Positions 1 through 12,342 are shown, counted from the stretch's first letter. The stretch: DNA of 32,000 nucleotides from Aliivibrio fischeri ES114 (GCF_000011805.1 NC_006840.2), one strand, 5' to 3'. The notes: generated by a model from the letters alone, not told the origin. Numbers and translations: made by a program.

Positions 1-615
1 ACCATTACATAGTGCGTTATTTTTAAAGTATCCATAGGTGCCAGAGACTGAGTTTCGACCAAATAGTTGAATTCGATGTTTTGCCCAACTGGTATGTATC
101 CCAAGCTCTTGCCAGCGGCTGATCGACTTTAAAGCACCACAACGCAAAGTGGCAGAAAAGATAGCATCAAGCTGAGAAAAATTGAGTCCTTTAATTGGGT
201 TATCCTGATGAACAAAAATTCCGAGGGCATCAATTGCGACTCGGATTTCAGTTGGAGGATAACCAAATTGTCTTTCAAATGCGGCTTTTTCACTTTGCCG
301 CATTTTTCGGCTCATGGGTCCAAATTGCGCAGTACTTTCAATAAGAGCTGGCGCTGCGGTCGAAGAACCTGATGCTTGAATTTGTATATGAACTCTAGGG
401 TAAATACGTTGAAAATCTTCAGCCCATAGCGTCATCATATTTGCTAACGTATCAGAACCAATTGAAGATAAATTGCCAGAAATACCCGACACTCTCTCAT
501 AAGGAGCAAGTGTCCCCTCATCAGCTAAACCATTATTTGCAAAGCACAACCAAAGTAATCCTACAGGGAAGAATCCCTTAAACCACTTTATAATTCTACT
601 TTGCATATTAATCAT
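1..615 (-). CDS. PstS-family phosphate ABC transporter substrate-binding protein, C-terminus cut by window edge
   Basis: Reverse strand is open from 615 to the edge: [19 protein letters not shown]...[59 protein letters not shown]...; SSIGSDT / GSSTAAP motifs; adjacent to phoR-phoB. Confidence 0.85.
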   Translation of the reverse strand, partial: MINMQSRIIKWFKGFFPVGLLWLCFANNGLADEGTLAPYERVSGISGNLSSIGSDTLANMMTLWAEDFQRIYPRVHIQIQASGSSTAAPALIESTAQFGPMSRKMRQSEKAAFERQFGYPPTEIRVAIDALGIFVHQDNPIKGLNFSQLDAIFSATLRCGALKSISRWQELGIHTSWAKHRIQLFGRNSVSGTYGYFKNNALCNG

Positions 616-629
616 GATTCTGTACTTAC

Positions 630-1925
630 TTAAAGAATGAGTTTTTTAGGTAATGTAAATGAGAAAGTACTGCCTTTTCCTAACTTACTTTTTATTTCAA
701 GCTGAGAGTCATGATGACTAAGCGCATGCTTAACAATTGCTAGCCCTAATCCACTACCACCCGTTTCTCTAGAACGTGCTTTATCTACACGATAGAAACG
801 TTCCGTCAAACGAGGAATATGTTGCGGCTCTATCCCTTGTCCACTATCGGTAACTTTTAGCTCAGCACCACTGAATGTTGATTGCCAATCAACAATAATT
901 TCAGCACCATCTGTTGTGTGTTTTACGGCGTTATACACTAAATTTGAAATAGCACTACGTAATTGATCTTCATCACCTTTAACTTTGAGATTATGATCAA
1001 CATTAAAGGTGATTTTATGATTTCTTTCGCCGCTTAGCGCTACGGCTTCTTTCTCTAAAATATCCAACATTGAAGGAACATCTACACGATCTTCTAGCAT
1101 TGATGTTGCTGCTGCTTCTATTTTAGATAAAGTTAATAGTTGTTCGACTAAGCCTTCCATACGAGACAACTGCTCAGTCATTACACCATGCGCACGATTC
1201 CACATAGGTCCAACTAACATGTCAGGATCTTCCGACATTTCCAAATAACCGCGAAGAACCGTCATTGGTGTACGTAATTCATGAGATACGTTAGCAAAGA
1301 AGTTACGACGCATGCCTTCAAGTTGCTTAATTTGAGAAACGTCACGTACCACCATTAGATATTCACCATCACTGTATGGTGCAATACGTATTTCTAACGT
1401 TTTATCACTATTGATTGGTGATTTCATATCCAATGGAAAATCAAAATGTTGACCCATCAAATACTGCACAAAATCAGGCGTTCTAATTAAATTAGTGATC
1501 GGTTGACCAGAATCATCAGGCCAACGAAAACCAAGAAGAGATTGTGCTAATGTGTTACACCAAACGATATTTCCTTCGTGGCGAAAAACCACTACCGCAT
1601 CTGGTAAGGCTTCTGCACCTTGACGGAATCGACGGATCAAACCAGATAACTCTTTGCGACGCTTCTTATGTCTTTTTTGCAGACGATACGTCTCATCAAA
1701 AATAGGTTCCCAACTACCAGATGCTGATGGAGGTGTCGCCTTTCGGCCTTCATGTAACCAACGTGACATCTTAATTTGGTTATGAAGATGCCAAATTAAT
1801 AAAATAAAGGAGGCAAGGAACAGCAATGGCCATAGCGCATCAAATAGATACCCTACAATAACCCAAGGAACATAGAAAAAAACCAATTCTCCAATCAATT
1901 TTTTCCATGAAAGACGCTCAACCAT
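630..1925 (-). CDS. phoR: Phosphate regulon sensor histidine kinase PhoR
   Basis: HELRTP H-box, N-box and [13 protein letters not shown]-box; PAS region; paired with phoB. Confidence 0.97.
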   Translation of the reverse strand: MVERLSWKKLIGELVFFYVPWVIVGYLFDALWPLLFLASFILLIWHLHNQIKMSRWLHEGRKATPPSASGSWEPIFDETYRLQKRHKKRRKELSGLIRRFRQGAEALPDAVVVFRHEGNIVWCNTLAQSLLGFRWPDDSGQPITNLIRTPDFVQYLMGQHFDFPLDMKSPINSDKTLEIRIAPYSDGEYLMVVRDVSQIKQLEGMRRNFFANVSHELRTPMTVLRGYLEMSEDPDMLVGPMWNRAHGVMTEQLSRMEGLVEQLLTLSKIEAAATSMLEDRVDVPSMLDILEKEAVALSGERNHKITFNVDHNLKVKGDEDQLRSAISNLVYNAVKHTTDGAEIIVDWQSTFSGAELKVTDSGQGIEPQHIPRLTERFYRVDKARSRETGGSGLGLAIVKHALSHHDSQLEIKSKLGKGSTFSFTLPKKLIL

Positions 1926-1951
1926 TACCTTTATACCTTACAATAATTAAA

Positions 1952-2644
1952 TTATGACGCTTGTACAGAGAAGCGATAGCCCGCACCACGAACCGTTTGA
2001 ACTAAACGATCATGACCTTCTACTTCCAACGCTTTACGTAAACGACGAATATGAACATCTACCGTTCTATCTTCTACATACACATTCGTGCCCCATACGT
2101 TATTTAATAACTGTTCACGACTGTATACACGTTCTTGGTGTGTCATAAAGAAATGCAGCATTTTAAACTCAGTCGGTCCCATATCTAGCGGCTTATCATT
2201 TGCCGTCACACGATGAGATACAGGATCAAGTTTAAGACCTTGTACATCAATCAGCTCTTCGATTGATGTTGGAGAGACACGACGAATTACCGCTTTTAAA
2301 CGTGCCATTAATTCCTTTGGTGAAAATGGTTTGGTGATGTAATCATCCGCGCCCACTTCTAGGCCACGAACCTTGTCTTCTTCTTCACCGCGAGCGGTTA
2401 ACATGACCACAGGGATCTTTTTTGTAAACTCATCACGCTTAAGGTGTTTTATTAAATTAATGCCTGAACCACCAGGTAGCATCCAATCTAGCAAGATTAG
2501 ATCAGGATAAGGTTCACAAAGTAGGGATAGCGCAGAGTCATAATCTTCTGCTTCGATAGGTTCATAACCTTTTTGCTCTAGTACAAAACACAACATTTCA
2601 CGAATTGGTGCTTCATCTTCTACAACAAGGATCCTTCTAGCCAT
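1952..2644 (-). CDS. phoB: Phosphate regulon response regulator PhoB
   Basis: [17 protein letters not shown] receiver plus C-terminal winged helix (YRFS end). Confidence 0.97.
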   Translation of the reverse strand: MARRILVVEDEAPIREMLCFVLEQKGYEPIEAEDYDSALSLLCEPYPDLILLDWMLPGGSGINLIKHLKRDEFTKKIPVVMLTARGEEEDKVRGLEVGADDYITKPFSPKELMARLKAVIRRVSPTSIEELIDVQGLKLDPVSHRVTANDKPLDMGPTEFKMLHFFMTHQERVYSREQLLNNVWGTNVYVEDRTVDVHIRRLRKALEVEGHDRLVQTVRGAGYRFSVQAS

Positions 2645-2699
2645 TCTCTTTTACCTAAGTTAACCAACAAAAATTGTGAAGCTATTATTAAAGCTAATT

Positions 2700-2717
2700 A
2701 TGACACTTTTGTGACTA
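2700..2717 (-). promoter_or_regulatory. Candidate Pho box upstream of phoB
   Basis: Minus strand TAGTCACAAAAGTGTCAT resembles CTGTCATN4CTGTCAT. Confidence 0.55.
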
Positions 2718-2855
2718 TTGAAAAGAAAAGTTCATATTCTATGCAATGAAAAGTCACTTCATAGGGATTTATTTAAGATCCTAAAAACTCTACAAGCATA
2801 ATTGTTCAAAATTTCATATCATAGGCACACTAAAAAAAGATAGGAATTCAGCATC

Positions 2856-3770
2856 ATGATGTGGTTTAAAAATTGTTTAATTTATCGTTTTACTAAAGAG
2901 ATTGACCTCAATCCAGAACAACTTGAAAAACAACTGAACGATTTTCGTTTCACGCCATGTGGCAGCCAAGATATGCAAAAATTTGGCTGGGTGACAGCAA
3001 TGGGCCGACACGGTGATATGCTGACTCACGTAGCAAGCAATAATATTCTTATCTGTGCCAAGAAAGAAGAAAAAATGCTTCCTGCATCTGTCATTAAAGA
3101 GTCAATGAATGCAAAAATTGATGCGCTTGAAGCAGAACAAGGTCGCCCACTAAAGAAAAAAGAAAAAGACGCAATTAAAGACGATATCGTGGTTGATTTG
3201 CTTCCTCGCGCATTCAGCAAACACCAACAAACGTATGCGTTAATCCTCCCTGAATCTGGCTTTATCATTGTCGATGCTGGCAGTTACAAAAAAGCAGAAG
3301 ACGTTTTAGCACTACTTCGTAAATCTATTGGTAGTCTACCTGTTGTTCCTCTAACATCGACTCAACCAATTGAGAATGCATTAACGGAATGGGTGAAAAC
3401 AGGCACTTGCCCTCAAGGCTTTGAAATGGGTGAAGAAGCCGAACTAAAAGCAATTTTAGAAGATGGCGGCGTGATCCGTTGTAAACAACAAGAACTTGTA
3501 TGTGATGAGATCCATGCTCACATTGATGCGAACAAAGTAGTTACAAAATTAGCGCTAACTTGGCAAGAACGTTTAGAGTTTATCCTTGCCGATGACCTGT
3601 CTCTAAAACGTTTAAAATTCAGCGATGAAATTAAAGATCAAAACGAAGATATTGGTTTTGAAGACAAAGCTGCACGCTTTGATGCAGATTTCTCTCTAAT
3701 GAGTTCTGAGCTTGATGCACTTCTACCTGATCTTTTCAAAGCACTTGGTGGCATTGAAGAGAAAGAGTAA
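2856..3770 (+). CDS. rdgC: Recombination-associated protein RdgC
   Basis: [13 protein letters not shown]... N-terminus and full-length 304 aa family pattern. Confidence 0.95.
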   Translation: MMWFKNCLIYRFTKEIDLNPEQLEKQLNDFRFTPCGSQDMQKFGWVTAMGRHGDMLTHVASNNILICAKKEEKMLPASVIKESMNAKIDALEAEQGRPLKKKEKDAIKDDIVVDLLPRAFSKHQQTYALILPESGFIIVDAGSYKKAEDVLALLRKSIGSLPVVPLTSTQPIENALTEWVKTGTCPQGFEMGEEAELKAILEDGGVIRCKQQELVCDEIHAHIDANKVVTKLALTWQERLEFILADDLSLKRLKFSDEIKDQNEDIGFEDKAARFDADFSLMSSELDALLPDLFKALGGIEEKE

Positions 3771-3924
3771 AAGCAGGGTTCAGGTCGGATCGCAAGCGAA
3801 GCGACCTGAAACCTTTCTTTATACCCTAGCACTTCCCTCACTTTCCATGTAAAATCCGGCCTCCTTCATATCTTCAGTGATATGAACTGACTTGAGATCA
3901 GAATACTAAAATTGGGAAGCAATC

Positions 3925-5313
3925 ATGTTTAAACCAGAACTACTTTCGCCTGCGGGCAGCCTTAAAAATATGCGTTACGCGTTTGCCTACGGTGCAGATG
4001 CAGTATATGCAGGCCAACCACGTTACAGCCTTCGTGTTCGTAACAACGAATTCAACCATGAAAATCTGCAAATCGGTATTAACGAAGCACACGCGCAAGG
4101 TAAGAAACTGTATGTGGTATGTAATATCCAACCACATAACTCAAAGTTAAAAACCTTCATTCGTGACTTAAAACCAATCGTAGATATGGGTCCTGATGCC
4201 CTAATCATGTCAGATCCTGGTTTAATCATGATGGTTCGTGAAGCTTTCCCTGATGTAGTTATCCACTTATCAGTTCAAGCTAACGCTGTAAACTGGGCTA
4301 CGGTTAAGTTCTGGGCTAGCCAAGGTGTTGAGCGTGTGATCTTATCTCGTGAATTATCACTAGAAGAAATTGAAGAGATCCGTGAACACTGCCCTGATAC
4401 TGAATTAGAAATTTTCGTACACGGTGCATTATGCATGGCGTACTCAGGTCGTTGTCTGCTATCTGGTTACATGAACAAGCGTGACCCTAACCAAGGTACA
4501 TGTACTAATGCATGTCGCTGGGAATACAAAACAGAAGCAGCAAAAGAAGACGAAAATGGTCAAATCGTTGAAGCTAATCCAACAGGTGTTGAGATCCAAG
4601 ACGTTGAAGTTCAAAACGAACGTCCAGACAACACTCTAGGCTTAGGTAAACCAACAGACGAAGTAGTTCTTCTTTCTGAATCTCACCGTCCTGAAGAGAA
4701 AATGGCTGCATTTGAAGATGAGCATGGTACTTACATCATGAACTCTAAAGATCTTCGTGCAATCCAACACGTTGAGCGTCTAACTAAAATGGGTGTTCAC
4801 TCTCTTAAAATTGAAGGTCGTACTAAGTCTTTCTACTACTGTGCTCGTACTGCTCAAGTTTACCGTAAAGCGATTGATGATGCCGTTGCAGGTAAACCAT
4901 TTGATGAAAGCCTAATGGGTACGCTAGAAAGCCTAGCTCACCGTGGCTACACAGAAGGTTTCCTACGTCGTCACACACACGATGCATACCAAAACTACGA
5001 TTACGGTTACTCTATCTCTGACTCTCAACAATTCGTCGGTGAATTCACAGGTAAACGTCGTGGTGATTTAGCTGAAGTTGATGTTAAGAATAAATTCCTA
5101 TTAGGTGACTCTGTTGAGATCATGACACCACAAGGTAACCTAACACTGACTCTAGATGTAATGGAAAACCGTAAGAGTGAAGCGGTTGAAGAAGCAAAAG
5201 GCAATGGCCACTTTGTTTTAATTCCAGTACCTGCAAATGTGGATCTAGAATACGGTCTTCTAATGCGTAACTTACACACGGGTGAAGATACTCGTAATCC
5301 ACACGGCAAGTAA
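3925..5313 (+). CDS. yegQ: U32 peptidase-family tRNA hydroxylation protein YegQ/TrhP
   Basis: MFKPELLSPAGSLKNMRYAFAYGADAVYAGQPRYSLR...; U32 family motif ELEIFVHGALCMAYSGRCLLS. Confidence 0.95.
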   Translation: MFKPELLSPAGSLKNMRYAFAYGADAVYAGQPRYSLRVRNNEFNHENLQIGINEAHAQGKKLYVVCNIQPHNSKLKTFIRDLKPIVDMGPDALIMSDPGLIMMVREAFPDVVIHLSVQANAVNWATVKFWASQGVERVILSRELSLEEIEEIREHCPDTELEIFVHGALCMAYSGRCLLSGYMNKRDPNQGTCTNACRWEYKTEAAKEDENGQIVEANPTGVEIQDVEVQNERPDNTLGLGKPTDEVVLLSESHRPEEKMAAFEDEHGTYIMNSKDLRAIQHVERLTKMGVHSLKIEGRTKSFYYCARTAQVYRKAIDDAVAGKPFDESLMGTLESLAHRGYTEGFLRRHTHDAYQNYDYGYSISDSQQFVGEFTGKRRGDLAEVDVKNKFLLGDSVEIMTPQGNLTLTLDVMENRKSEAVEEAKGNGHFVLIPVPANVDLEYGLLMRNLHTGEDTRNPHGK

Positions 5314-5316
5314 GTA

Positions 5317-5571
5317 ATGGCGTTATTGATCAATAAAAAATGCATTAACTGCGATATGTGTGAACCTGAGTGTCCAAATGAGGCAATCAGTATGGGTGAT
5401 GAGATTTACGAAATTAATCCAGACCTTTGTACTGAATGTAAAGGCCACTACGATGCGCCAACGTGTCAGTCAGTTTGCCCTATCAGTAACTGCGTTATTT
5501 CAGATCCAGATAATGTAGAAACAGATGAAGAGTTATTAGAAAAATTCGTTAAGATCCAAGGTCTAGCGTAA
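5317..5571 (+). CDS. yfhL: YfhL-family 4Fe-4S dicluster ferredoxin
   Basis: Two cysteine clusters CINCDMCEPECP and CTECKGHYDAPTCQSVCP. Confidence 0.92.
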   Translation: MALLINKKCINCDMCEPECPNEAISMGDEIYEINPDLCTECKGHYDAPTCQSVCPISNCVISDPDNVETDEELLEKFVKIQGLA

Positions 5572-5597
5572 AGTAATCATCTCTTCTGAACCAAATA

Positions 5598-5633
5598 AAA
5601 ATGCCCAGCGATATCACTATCTCTGGGCATTTT
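5598..5633. terminator. Bidirectional Rho-independent terminator
   Basis: AAATGCCCAG...CTGGGCATTTTT between convergent genes. Confidence 0.85.
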
Positions 5634-5652
5634 TCTATCAGGCTTACAGAGC

Positions 5653-6774
5653 TTACTTTTTCACAAGGCCGTATGGCTTACTAATGAATATTTGGGGTTG
5701 ATTTTGAATCGTTGGTGCAGCATTAGGTGTCTGCCAATCCAGTAACATAATCGCTAATACGTTCCTATGCTCACCCTCTTTAAGATTAATGCTGTTCGAC
5801 GTTGATGGCACCATGTTCTTTTCACGATTAATCGCATTTTGAATGTGCTTTTGTGTTTTATAGACCACAGGATCATCTTCTAACCCTGCAAGTAAAAAAG
5901 TAATACCAACTTCAGCAATAATATCTTCTTTCGCTCTTTTTAAAATCGTATCGGCATTTTTACGCAGATAATCGTATATCCATTGATGATCGGACTCTTT
6001 AATTGGATGCTGATAATACTGAGAATCAGCTAATAAGATATGAGTTAATCCATAAATCTTATTGCCAAATTGCTGATCAGATAGTTGCTCATCTTGAGCA
6101 TCAGGATAAGTTAATCGAAACGCATCAACAAACTCATTCACCACATCTTGCTCACCGAGTTGACGTAGCCAATATACTTGATTAGCTAACTGAGCAGCCC
6201 ACGCTTTAATCATCGCGGGATCTGTTGCGTATTTTTTAAAATCGTAACGACGAATAATTTCTCTCAGCTGTTTATCATTCTTATGCTTCAATCCATACTC
6301 ATCCGCTCTGGCCATAGAACCCAGTAAATCGACACCTAAGTATAAATATTCCGGCATCACTTTAGTTGCGTTATAACGCAAAACACTTCGCTCATCCATA
6401 TCATCAATATACGTGCTTAATCGTTTTTTAGCATAGGCTTGGATTTGCTCTGGTGTATGAACTTCTGAAGAAAATTGATTCAAACGACTTGCGACACGAG
6501 CCATATCTGACCAAATAGCAGCGGTATATTTTGGATCCATGGTTTGACGGTACATACGCAACCCATAATGACCCGATTTAAAAGCCGGTAATGTATAGAG
6601 TTGAGTCTCATAGGTATAGCGGATTGAAGTGGCATCTTGAGCAAAACTAGGGACGGTTTTACCACCTTCCATGATTTCAGCATTTACAAATGTTGAACTC
6701 AACAGCACCAACATACATAAATAAATCGTTCTTTTGAATAACGTCATATATCCCTCTTTATTCAATTCCACCAT
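5653..6774 (-). CDS. Hypothetical exported protein
   Basis: 373 aa ORF with hydrophobic signal-like N-terminus (LFKRTIYLCMLVLLSSTFVNA). Confidence 0.8.
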   Translation of the reverse strand: MVELNKEGYMTLFKRTIYLCMLVLLSSTFVNAEIMEGGKTVPSFAQDATSIRYTYETQLYTLPAFKSGHYGLRMYRQTMDPKYTAAIWSDMARVASRLNQFSSEVHTPEQIQAYAKKRLSTYIDDMDERSVLRYNATKVMPEYLYLGVDLLGSMARADEYGLKHKNDKQLREIIRRYDFKKYATDPAMIKAWAAQLANQVYWLRQLGEQDVVNEFVDAFRLTYPDAQDEQLSDQQFGNKIYGLTHILLADSQYYQHPIKESDHQWIYDYLRKNADTILKRAKEDIIAEVGITFLLAGLEDDPVVYKTQKHIQNAINREKNMVPSTSNSINLKEGEHRNVLAIMLLDWQTPNAAPTIQNQPQIFISKPYGLVKK

Positions 6775-6862
6775 AACTTACTGGTTAGATATTAAGCTAA
6801 AGAGAACAAAAATAGTCAATTGGGTGTCAAAGAATTGAGACGTTAATTAATAGTAAGTATAA

Positions 6863-6902
6863 AAAAAGAGCAATGATACTGACTAGCATCATTGCTCTTT
6901 TT
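6863..6902. terminator. Terminator downstream of dnaJ
   Basis: AAAAAGAGCAATGAT...ATCATTGCTCTTTTT. Confidence 0.85.
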
Positions 6903-6924
6903 AGTATTTAACTAATAAACTGAA

Positions 6925-8064
6925 TTATTTAGTTAAATCATCAAAGAAGTTTTTCACTCCAGATAAGAAGCCTTCTGATTTTGGATTATGCTTTTTCGCA
7001 TCTTTACCATCAAAAGATTCTTGGAACTCTTGCAGTAATTCTTTTTGACGTTTAGTTAACTTAACTGGCGTTTCAACAATAAGTTTAACGATTAAATCAC
7101 CAGCACTGTGTGTACGAACGCCTTTAACGCCCTTACCACGCATACGGAACATACGTCCTGTTTGCGTTTCTAGTGGCACTTTTAAGCTTACGCGACCATC
7201 AAGAGTAGGAACTTCAACTTCACCACCTAATGCAGCCATCGTAAAGCTTACAGGTACTTCACAGTATAAGTTGTTACCGTCACGCTCAAAAATATTGTGC
7301 TCTTTTACGTGAACTTGTACGTATAGATCACCTGCTGGAGCGCCATGCTCTCCCGCTTCACCTTCGCCAGATAGACGAATACGATCACCTGTATCAACGC
7401 CAGATGGGATCTTAACGTTAAGTGTTTTCGTTTTGTGTACTCGACCTTCACCATGACATGAATTACATGGGTCTTTAATGATCTTGCCTTTACCGTGACA
7501 CGTTGGACATGCTTGTTGTACAGCAAAGAAGCCTTGACGCATCTGAACTTGGCCTTGACCGTGACAAGTACTACATGTTGTAGATGATGTGCCTTTCTTA
7601 GCACCTGTACCTTCACATGGATCACACGAGACTAAAGTCGGTACTTCAATTTCTTTATCACACCCACGACCCGCTTCTTCTAAAGTCAGTTCCATGTTGT
7701 AACGTAAATCAGAACCACGCTGTGCACGTTGCTGGCCACCACGGCGACCACCACCGAAGATATCACCAAATACATCACCGAAGATATCACCAAAATCTGC
7801 ACCGCCGCCACCAAAGCCGCCGCCGCCCATACCACCTTGTTCAAAGGCTGCATGGCCATATTGATCATAAGCTGAACGTTTTTGAGCATCAGTTAAGATT
7901 TCATATGCAACTTTAACTTCTTTAAACTTCTCAGCAGCTGTATCGTCTCCCTGATTGCGGTCAGGGTGGAACTTCATTGCTAAGCGCTTATAGGCTTTCT
8001 TAATATCACGCTCTGAAGCATCACGGCTTACGCCCAACACTTCATAAAAATCACGTTTAGACAT
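6925..8064 (-). CDS. dnaJ: Chaperone protein DnaJ (start re-assigned to [11 protein letters not shown]; track ORF extends to 8115)
   Basis: J domain with HPD, Gly-rich region, four CxxCxGxG zinc repeats. Confidence 0.98.
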   Translation of the reverse strand: MSKRDFYEVLGVSRDASERDIKKAYKRLAMKFHPDRNQGDDTAAEKFKEVKVAYEILTDAQKRSAYDQYGHAAFEQGGMGGGGFGGGGADFGDIFGDVFGDIFGGGRRGGQQRAQRGSDLRYNMELTLEEAGRGCDKEIEVPTLVSCDPCEGTGAKKGTSSTTCSTCHGQGQVQMRQGFFAVQQACPTCHGKGKIIKDPCNSCHGEGRVHKTKTLNVKIPSGVDTGDRIRLSGEGEAGEHGAPAGDLYVQVHVKEHNIFERDGNNLYCEVPVSFTMAALGGEVEVPTLDGRVSLKVPLETQTGRMFRMRGKGVKGVRTHSAGDLIVKLIVETPVKLTKRQKELLQEFQESFDGKDAKKHNPKSEGFLSGVKNFFDDLTK

Positions 8065-8444
8065 GCTTTGGTCACCAATTCTTTTGATACCGCCGGTTAC
8101 AAGCACCATCGGCATGAGTTCAATCTAGATAATCAGGTTCAGGTTCGAGAATGATTATCTAGATTGACCTAATAATATATCAACCTAAACAAGTACCAAC
8201 TCATTCTTGCTTGTTAGATATTCAGGTTGATATTACAAACTTGCGGGCGGTAGAGAAAACTCCAACGCCCGCAATATATTTTCCATTCGAAGCATTCAAG
8301 ATATAGGGCTTTTGCTCTTTTCTTAAATAGCTAAGGCAATGATTTCTTTAAGCTAGAAGTGTTAAGTTCAAGGAGAAAGCACGGAGTTTACGTTAGTAAA
8401 TGAGTACTTTCGACGCAGGAATTAACCCTTCTAGCGACAAGAAA

Positions 8445-10349
8445 TTACTTGTCTTTTACTTCTTCGAATTCAGCGTCTACTACATCGTCATCTTGCTTAG
8501 GTTGCTCACCTGCGTCAGCACCTTGTTGTGCTTGAGCTTTCTGTTGAGCAATTTCCATTAGCTTTTGCGCTGCTTGCATTAGCTCTTGAGTTTTCGCATC
8601 AATCGCTTCTTTGTCGTTACCAGATTTAACTTCTTCTAACGCTTTGATTGCTGCTTCAATTTTCTCTTTTTCATCAGCTGGAAGTGCATCACCTGCTTCT
8701 TCGATTTGCTTTTGAGTACCGTGAATCATTTGGTCTGCTTGGTTACGTGCTGTTACTAGCTCTTCGAACTTTTTGTCCGCGTCTTTGTTAGCTTCAGCTT
8801 CTTGTACCATTGCTTCGATTTCTTCGTCAGTTAGACCGCCTGAAGCTTGGATTGTGATCTTCTGCTCTTTACCTGTAGCTTTATCTTTTGCTGATACGTT
8901 TAGGATACCATCTGCATCTAGGTCGAATGTTACTTCGATTTGTGGCATACCACGTGGTGCAGGTTGGATACCTTCTAGGTTAAATTGACCTAGAGACTTG
9001 TTGTAAGTCGCTTGCTTACGCTCACCTTGAAGTACGTGAATAGTTACCGCACTTTGGTTGTCTTCAGCAGTTGAGAACGTTTGATCCGCTTTTGTTGGGA
9101 TTGTTGTGTTCTTCTCGATTAGCTTAGTCATCACGCCACCCATCGTTTCGATACCGAAAGATAGAGGAGTAACGTCTAGAAGTAGAACGTCTTTAACGTC
9201 ACCAGCTAGTACACCACCTTGAACTGCAGCACCCATTGCTACTGCTTCATCAGGGTTTACGTCACGACGAGCTTCTTTACCGAAGAACTCAGCAACTTTA
9301 GCTTGAACCATAGGCATACGAGTTTGACCACCAACTAGGATAACGTCAGTGATTTCGTCTACTGATAGGTCAGCATCTGCTAGAGCTACTTTTAGAGGCT
9401 CAAGAGAACGCAATACTAAGTCTTCAACTAGAGATTCTAGTTTTGCACGAGTAACTTTAACGTTCATGTGCTTAGGACCAGTTGCATCAGCAGTAACGTA
9501 AGGTAGGTTTACGTCAGTTTGTTGTGCAGAAGAAAGCTCGATTTTTGCTTTTTCAGCAGCTTCTTTAACACGTTGCATCGCAAGAGGATCGTTCTTAAGG
9601 TTGATGCCTTGCTCTTTTTCAAACTCAGATACTAAGTAGTTGATTAGACGGTTATCAAAGTCTTCACCACCTAGGTGTGTGTCACCGTTAGTTGCAAGAA
9701 CTTCGAACGTTTGCTCGCCATCAACATTGTCAATTTCGATGATAGAGATATCGAATGTACCACCACCAAGGTCGTAAACAGCGATAGTGCGATCGCCACC
9801 TTTTTTGTCTAGACCGTAAGCTAGTGCCGCTGCTGTTGGTTCGTTGATGATACGTTTAACATCAAGACCTGCAATACGACCAGCATCTTTAGTTGCTTGA
9901 CGTTGAGCATCGTTAAAGTAAGCAGGAACAGTAACAACTGCACCAGTTACTTCTTCGCCTAGGAAGTCTTCAGCTGTTTTCTTCATTTTCTTAAGAACTT
10001 CAGCAGATACTTGAGGAGCAGCCATTTTTTGGCCTTTCGCTTCTACCCATGCATCACCGTTGTCAGCTTTAACGATTTTGAATGGCATGATTTCGATATC
10101 ACGCTGTACTTCTTCATCTTCAAAACGACGACCGATAAGACGCTTAATAGCAAATAACGTGTTTTGCGGGTTAGTTACCGCTTGACGTTTAGCTGGTTGA
10201 CCTACAAGAGTTTCGCCATCTGTGTATGCAATTACCGATGCCGTTGTACGTTCACCTTCTGCGTTCTCCAAAACACGTGGCGTATCGCCATCAAGAACAG
10301 CAACACAAGAGTTAGTAGTACCTAAGTCAATACCAATGATCTTACCCAT
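8445..10349 (-). CDS. dnaK: Molecular chaperone DnaK (Hsp70)
   Basis: [21 protein letters not shown]... and C-terminal [14 protein letters not shown]. Confidence 0.99.
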   Translation of the reverse strand: MGKIIGIDLGTTNSCVAVLDGDTPRVLENAEGERTTASVIAYTDGETLVGQPAKRQAVTNPQNTLFAIKRLIGRRFEDEEVQRDIEIMPFKIVKADNGDAWVEAKGQKMAAPQVSAEVLKKMKKTAEDFLGEEVTGAVVTVPAYFNDAQRQATKDAGRIAGLDVKRIINEPTAAALAYGLDKKGGDRTIAVYDLGGGTFDISIIEIDNVDGEQTFEVLATNGDTHLGGEDFDNRLINYLVSEFEKEQGINLKNDPLAMQRVKEAAEKAKIELSSAQQTDVNLPYVTADATGPKHMNVKVTRAKLESLVEDLVLRSLEPLKVALADADLSVDEITDVILVGGQTRMPMVQAKVAEFFGKEARRDVNPDEAVAMGAAVQGGVLAGDVKDVLLLDVTPLSFGIETMGGVMTKLIEKNTTIPTKADQTFSTAEDNQSAVTIHVLQGERKQATYNKSLGQFNLEGIQPAPRGMPQIEVTFDLDADGILNVSAKDKATGKEQKITIQASGGLTDEEIEAMVQEAEANKDADKKFEELVTARNQADQMIHGTQKQIEEAGDALPADEKEKIEAAIKALEEVKSGNDKEAIDAKTQELMQAAQKLMEIAQQKAQAQQGADAGEQPKQDDDVVDAEFEEVKDK

Positions 10350-10441
10350 CAGGTTATCTCCAAATTTATCTATTCAAACTTACCCAAAACAACTTGAGTA
10401 AGGGTTGGGAGTGAATCCCATAATTCATTCTATGACTAATT

Positions 10442-10470
10442 AATAAGGGCGCTAAATCACAATTCAAGGG
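10442..10470 (-). promoter_or_regulatory. Candidate sigma-32 promoter for dnaK
   Basis: Minus strand CCCTTGAA-N13-CCCTTATT, resembling CTTGAA-N13/14-CCCCATNT. Confidence 0.5.
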
Positions 10471-10569
10471 ATGAAATAAAAAAAATTCAATTTTATTTCC
10501 ATCTGAACAAAAAAAAGCCTAACAATCATGTCAGGCTCAATCATTCTAGATATTTTCAGTTCATATTAA

Positions 10570-11529
10570 CTAATAAGAATCATTACAACTCATTGGTTCA
10601 AAATGAATGGGAGGCGGATTTTTATGCCATTCTTCTTTTGTTAAATAGGTTTTACCACCAGATTTAATGTATGGACTGTTATCATCAACAATGGATAAAT
10701 CATCAGGAGCTACCGTGCCCATATAATACCAAGTTGGTGTTGTGGTTAAATATTGGAAACGGCTTCCACCAGCACCTGGAAGGTAATTGGCATTAGATAA
10801 ATCGCCATGTGAAACTGAAGTGTTTACTGTTGGATAATAATCGGCACCAGTACTAATCAATACTTTTGCTGTAGCAACATCTTGTTTGCCTTGCGGCTTA
10901 TCAGGTACAAGCCAAGCTTTCATTCGAACAAATGCAGCAAGAACGTTTTCTCCATCAATTTCAACTTTACTGGTTCCACCGTGTAATGGGTAATGCTCAG
11001 TGTGTAATTCGTATTCTTTAAACCCTTCAGCATTACGACGATAAGGCACATCTTCAATATACTTAATGATGTTATGAGAATAGTAAGCAGCCCAGTTAAC
11101 TTGTGCTTTAGTTACCGTAACATTTACCCACTCAGCAGTCAGTGGGTCCATCGAACCATCGGTAGATTGAAGCAGCCACATGTCCGCATCACCAATCACC
11201 ACTCGAACGTTTCTTGATGTGTTTTTTTGGTCTTCAAAAACCGTAAACCATTGAGTCATTCCACTCCATGGTTCAGACGTTGTCATGCTTTTATCTATGA
11301 TCTCATCAGCCCAATACGAAGGTGCAGCATCTCCTCTAGGGATCCCTTGAACTATCGTTGCTCCATTTGCCCACCCAGAGGTCGTAGGTGCATTGTACAA
11401 TTTAGCATCATTGGGTAATGCCATTGATGAATAGGTATCAGAAGCAACAACATGCTCAGCCAAGCTCAATGGGCTATATAAGCATAGTGCGCTAAGAAAT
11501 ATCGATGCTAATTTCATATTCTTTTTCAT
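10570..11529 (-). CDS. Hypothetical secreted protein
   Basis: 319 aa with signal peptide MKKNMKLASIFLSALCLYSPLSLAEH; followed by terminator-like hairpin near 10509-10540. Confidence 0.8.
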   Translation of the reverse strand: MKKNMKLASIFLSALCLYSPLSLAEHVVASDTYSSMALPNDAKLYNAPTTSGWANGATIVQGIPRGDAAPSYWADEIIDKSMTTSEPWSGMTQWFTVFEDQKNTSRNVRVVIGDADMWLLQSTDGSMDPLTAEWVNVTVTKAQVNWAAYYSHNIIKYIEDVPYRRNAEGFKEYELHTEHYPLHGGTSKVEIDGENVLAAFVRMKAWLVPDKPQGKQDVATAKVLISTGADYYPTVNTSVSHGDLSNANYLPGAGGSRFQYLTTTPTWYYMGTVAPDDLSIVDDNSPYIKSGGKTYLTKEEWHKNPPPIHFEPMSCNDSY

Positions 11530-11757
11530 ATCCTTTAGGTTAACTCATATCATTCCATGATGATTAAAATGTAGTAAAAAACAAAAGAAATAACGACACC
11601 AATGACGACAAATATACAAACCTTTGAAGCTCATTCCTTATTTATAAGGCACATTCTAAAAACAGAGACATTACATCTTAAAAAAAAGACAAAAAAAAGC
11701 GATCCCGAACTCGGAACCGCTTGATTTTTAATCATAATTTGAATCAAAAAATGATGA

Positions 11758-12342
11758 TTATTGAGCAACCATTACCATTGCTGGACGTAATACTTGATCA
11801 TTTAATGTGTAGCCTTTTTGCATCACGATCATAACTGTATTTGATTCATGATCTGGGCTTGCTTGCATGCCAATTGCTTGATGAAGTTCAGGGTTAAACG
11901 CTTCACCCATTGGGTTAATTACCGTTAAGCCGAATTTCTCAACCGTCGATACAAACGTTTGAAGTGTTAGTTCAACACCTTCAAGCAATGCTTTTGCAGC
12001 TTCATTTTCTTTATCACCGCTTTCAAGAGCACGCTCTAAGTTATCTAGAACAGGAAGAAGCTCACCAGCAAATTTCTTCAGTGCGTATTTACGCGCTTTA
12101 TCAACGTCTTCTTCAGCACGACGACGAACATTTTGCTCTTCAGCTTTTGCTCGTAGAACCGTATCTTGTTGTTCTTTAACTTGTGCTTGGCTAGCAAGTA
12201 GTGCTGCTTCTAGTTCTGCAATTTTTGCTTCTTGGCTATCTTCAGCAGATTCATTCCATTCCACATCAGCTTCTGTGCCAACTGCTTCAACTTGCTCTTC
12301 TACTACTGCTTCTTCGTTTACTTTGTTTTCTTCGTTACTCAT
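11758..12342 (-). CDS. grpE: Nucleotide exchange factor GrpE
   Basis: [44 protein letters not shown] motifs. Confidence 0.97.
   Translation of the reverse strand: MSNEENKVNEEAVVEEQVEAVGTEADVEWNESAEDSQEAKIAELEAALLASQAQVKEQQDTVLRAKAEEQNVRRRAEEDVDKARKYALKKFAGELLPVLDNLERALESGDKENEAAKALLEGVELTLQTFVSTVEKFGLTVINPMGEAFNPELHQAIGMQASPDHESNTVMIVMQKGYTLNDQVLRPAMVMVAQ

Noticed and set aside
1954-2148. Plus-strand ORF opposite phoB, and similar antisense ORFs opposite rdgC, yegQ, dnaK, recN and tail genes
   Set aside because: Antisense shadows of conserved genes without independent support.
7305-7916. Track ORFs inside dnaJ (7305..7625, 7617..7916, 7686..7889)
   Set aside because: Frame shadows of the well-supported dnaJ gene; low-complexity His/Arg-rich or Val/Ala-rich translations.
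8065-8115. N-terminal extension of dnaJ in the track
   Set aside because: Canonical DnaJ begins [11 protein letters not shown]; upstream codons are intergenic.
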